The notes below the pieces were generated by a model, which was not told the origin of the DNA, made no database searches, and saw only the letters and a program-made list of their open reading frames with translations. A stretch of DNA of 63,242 bases, the filler included, from Octopus bimaculoides (Eukaryota): assembly GCF_001194135.2 (NCBI RefSeq). It is 6 parts of 6 records of this genome, joined end to end, with 100 filler letters (N's around TTAATTAATTAA, not from the genome) between each part and the next. Parts side by side here need not be neighbours in the genome. Positions count along the whole stretch, not along the records: positions 61,496 to 63,242 come from NW_026299932.1; 5 more parts are not named here. One strand, given 5' to 3'. The translations under genes and the position numbers were made by a program. Shown here one piece after another: positions 63,184 to 63,242 of this stretch; position 1 is the first letter of the stretch, and every line of letters starts with the position of its first letter.

Positions 63184-63242
63184 AATAATAATTGAATAAC
63201 AACATGGATGTGCTACACCGGGCTCCCTATACAAAAACATAT

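Overview
AT-rich, gap-ridden animal genomic scaffold. The repeat landscape (dense microsatellites, several tRNA-headed SINE families, RTE/CR1/Dong-R4/Penelope retroelements, Tc1/mariner transposons) suggests an octopus; this is inference, not verified. Nearly all ORFs in the supplied track are microsatellite or N-gap artefacts or decayed transposon frames. The only confidently identifiable host coding sequence is missing from the track: a terminal exon (60384-60652, +) encoding the C-terminal half of a mono-ADP-ribosyltransferase PARP catalytic domain (PARP10/12/14/15-like). It lies on a 2.6-kb block bounded by artificial scaffold joins, and its upstream exons are not visible. Other notable signals are two Penelope-type minimal hammerhead ribozyme motifs, an RTE LINE family with tandem C-terminal C2H2 fingers, a Tc1-like transposase with DD36E spacing, a complete 1291-bp mariner, perfect 28-34 bp duplications flanking insertions in decayed RTEs, several fold-back structures, a tRNA-Ser/LINE-tail chimera and modular SINEs. 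No rRNA, intact tRNA or CRISPR array was found. I cannot support a wholly new biological system here; the leads are listed with tests. All family assignments are by-eye motif recognition; no database search was run.
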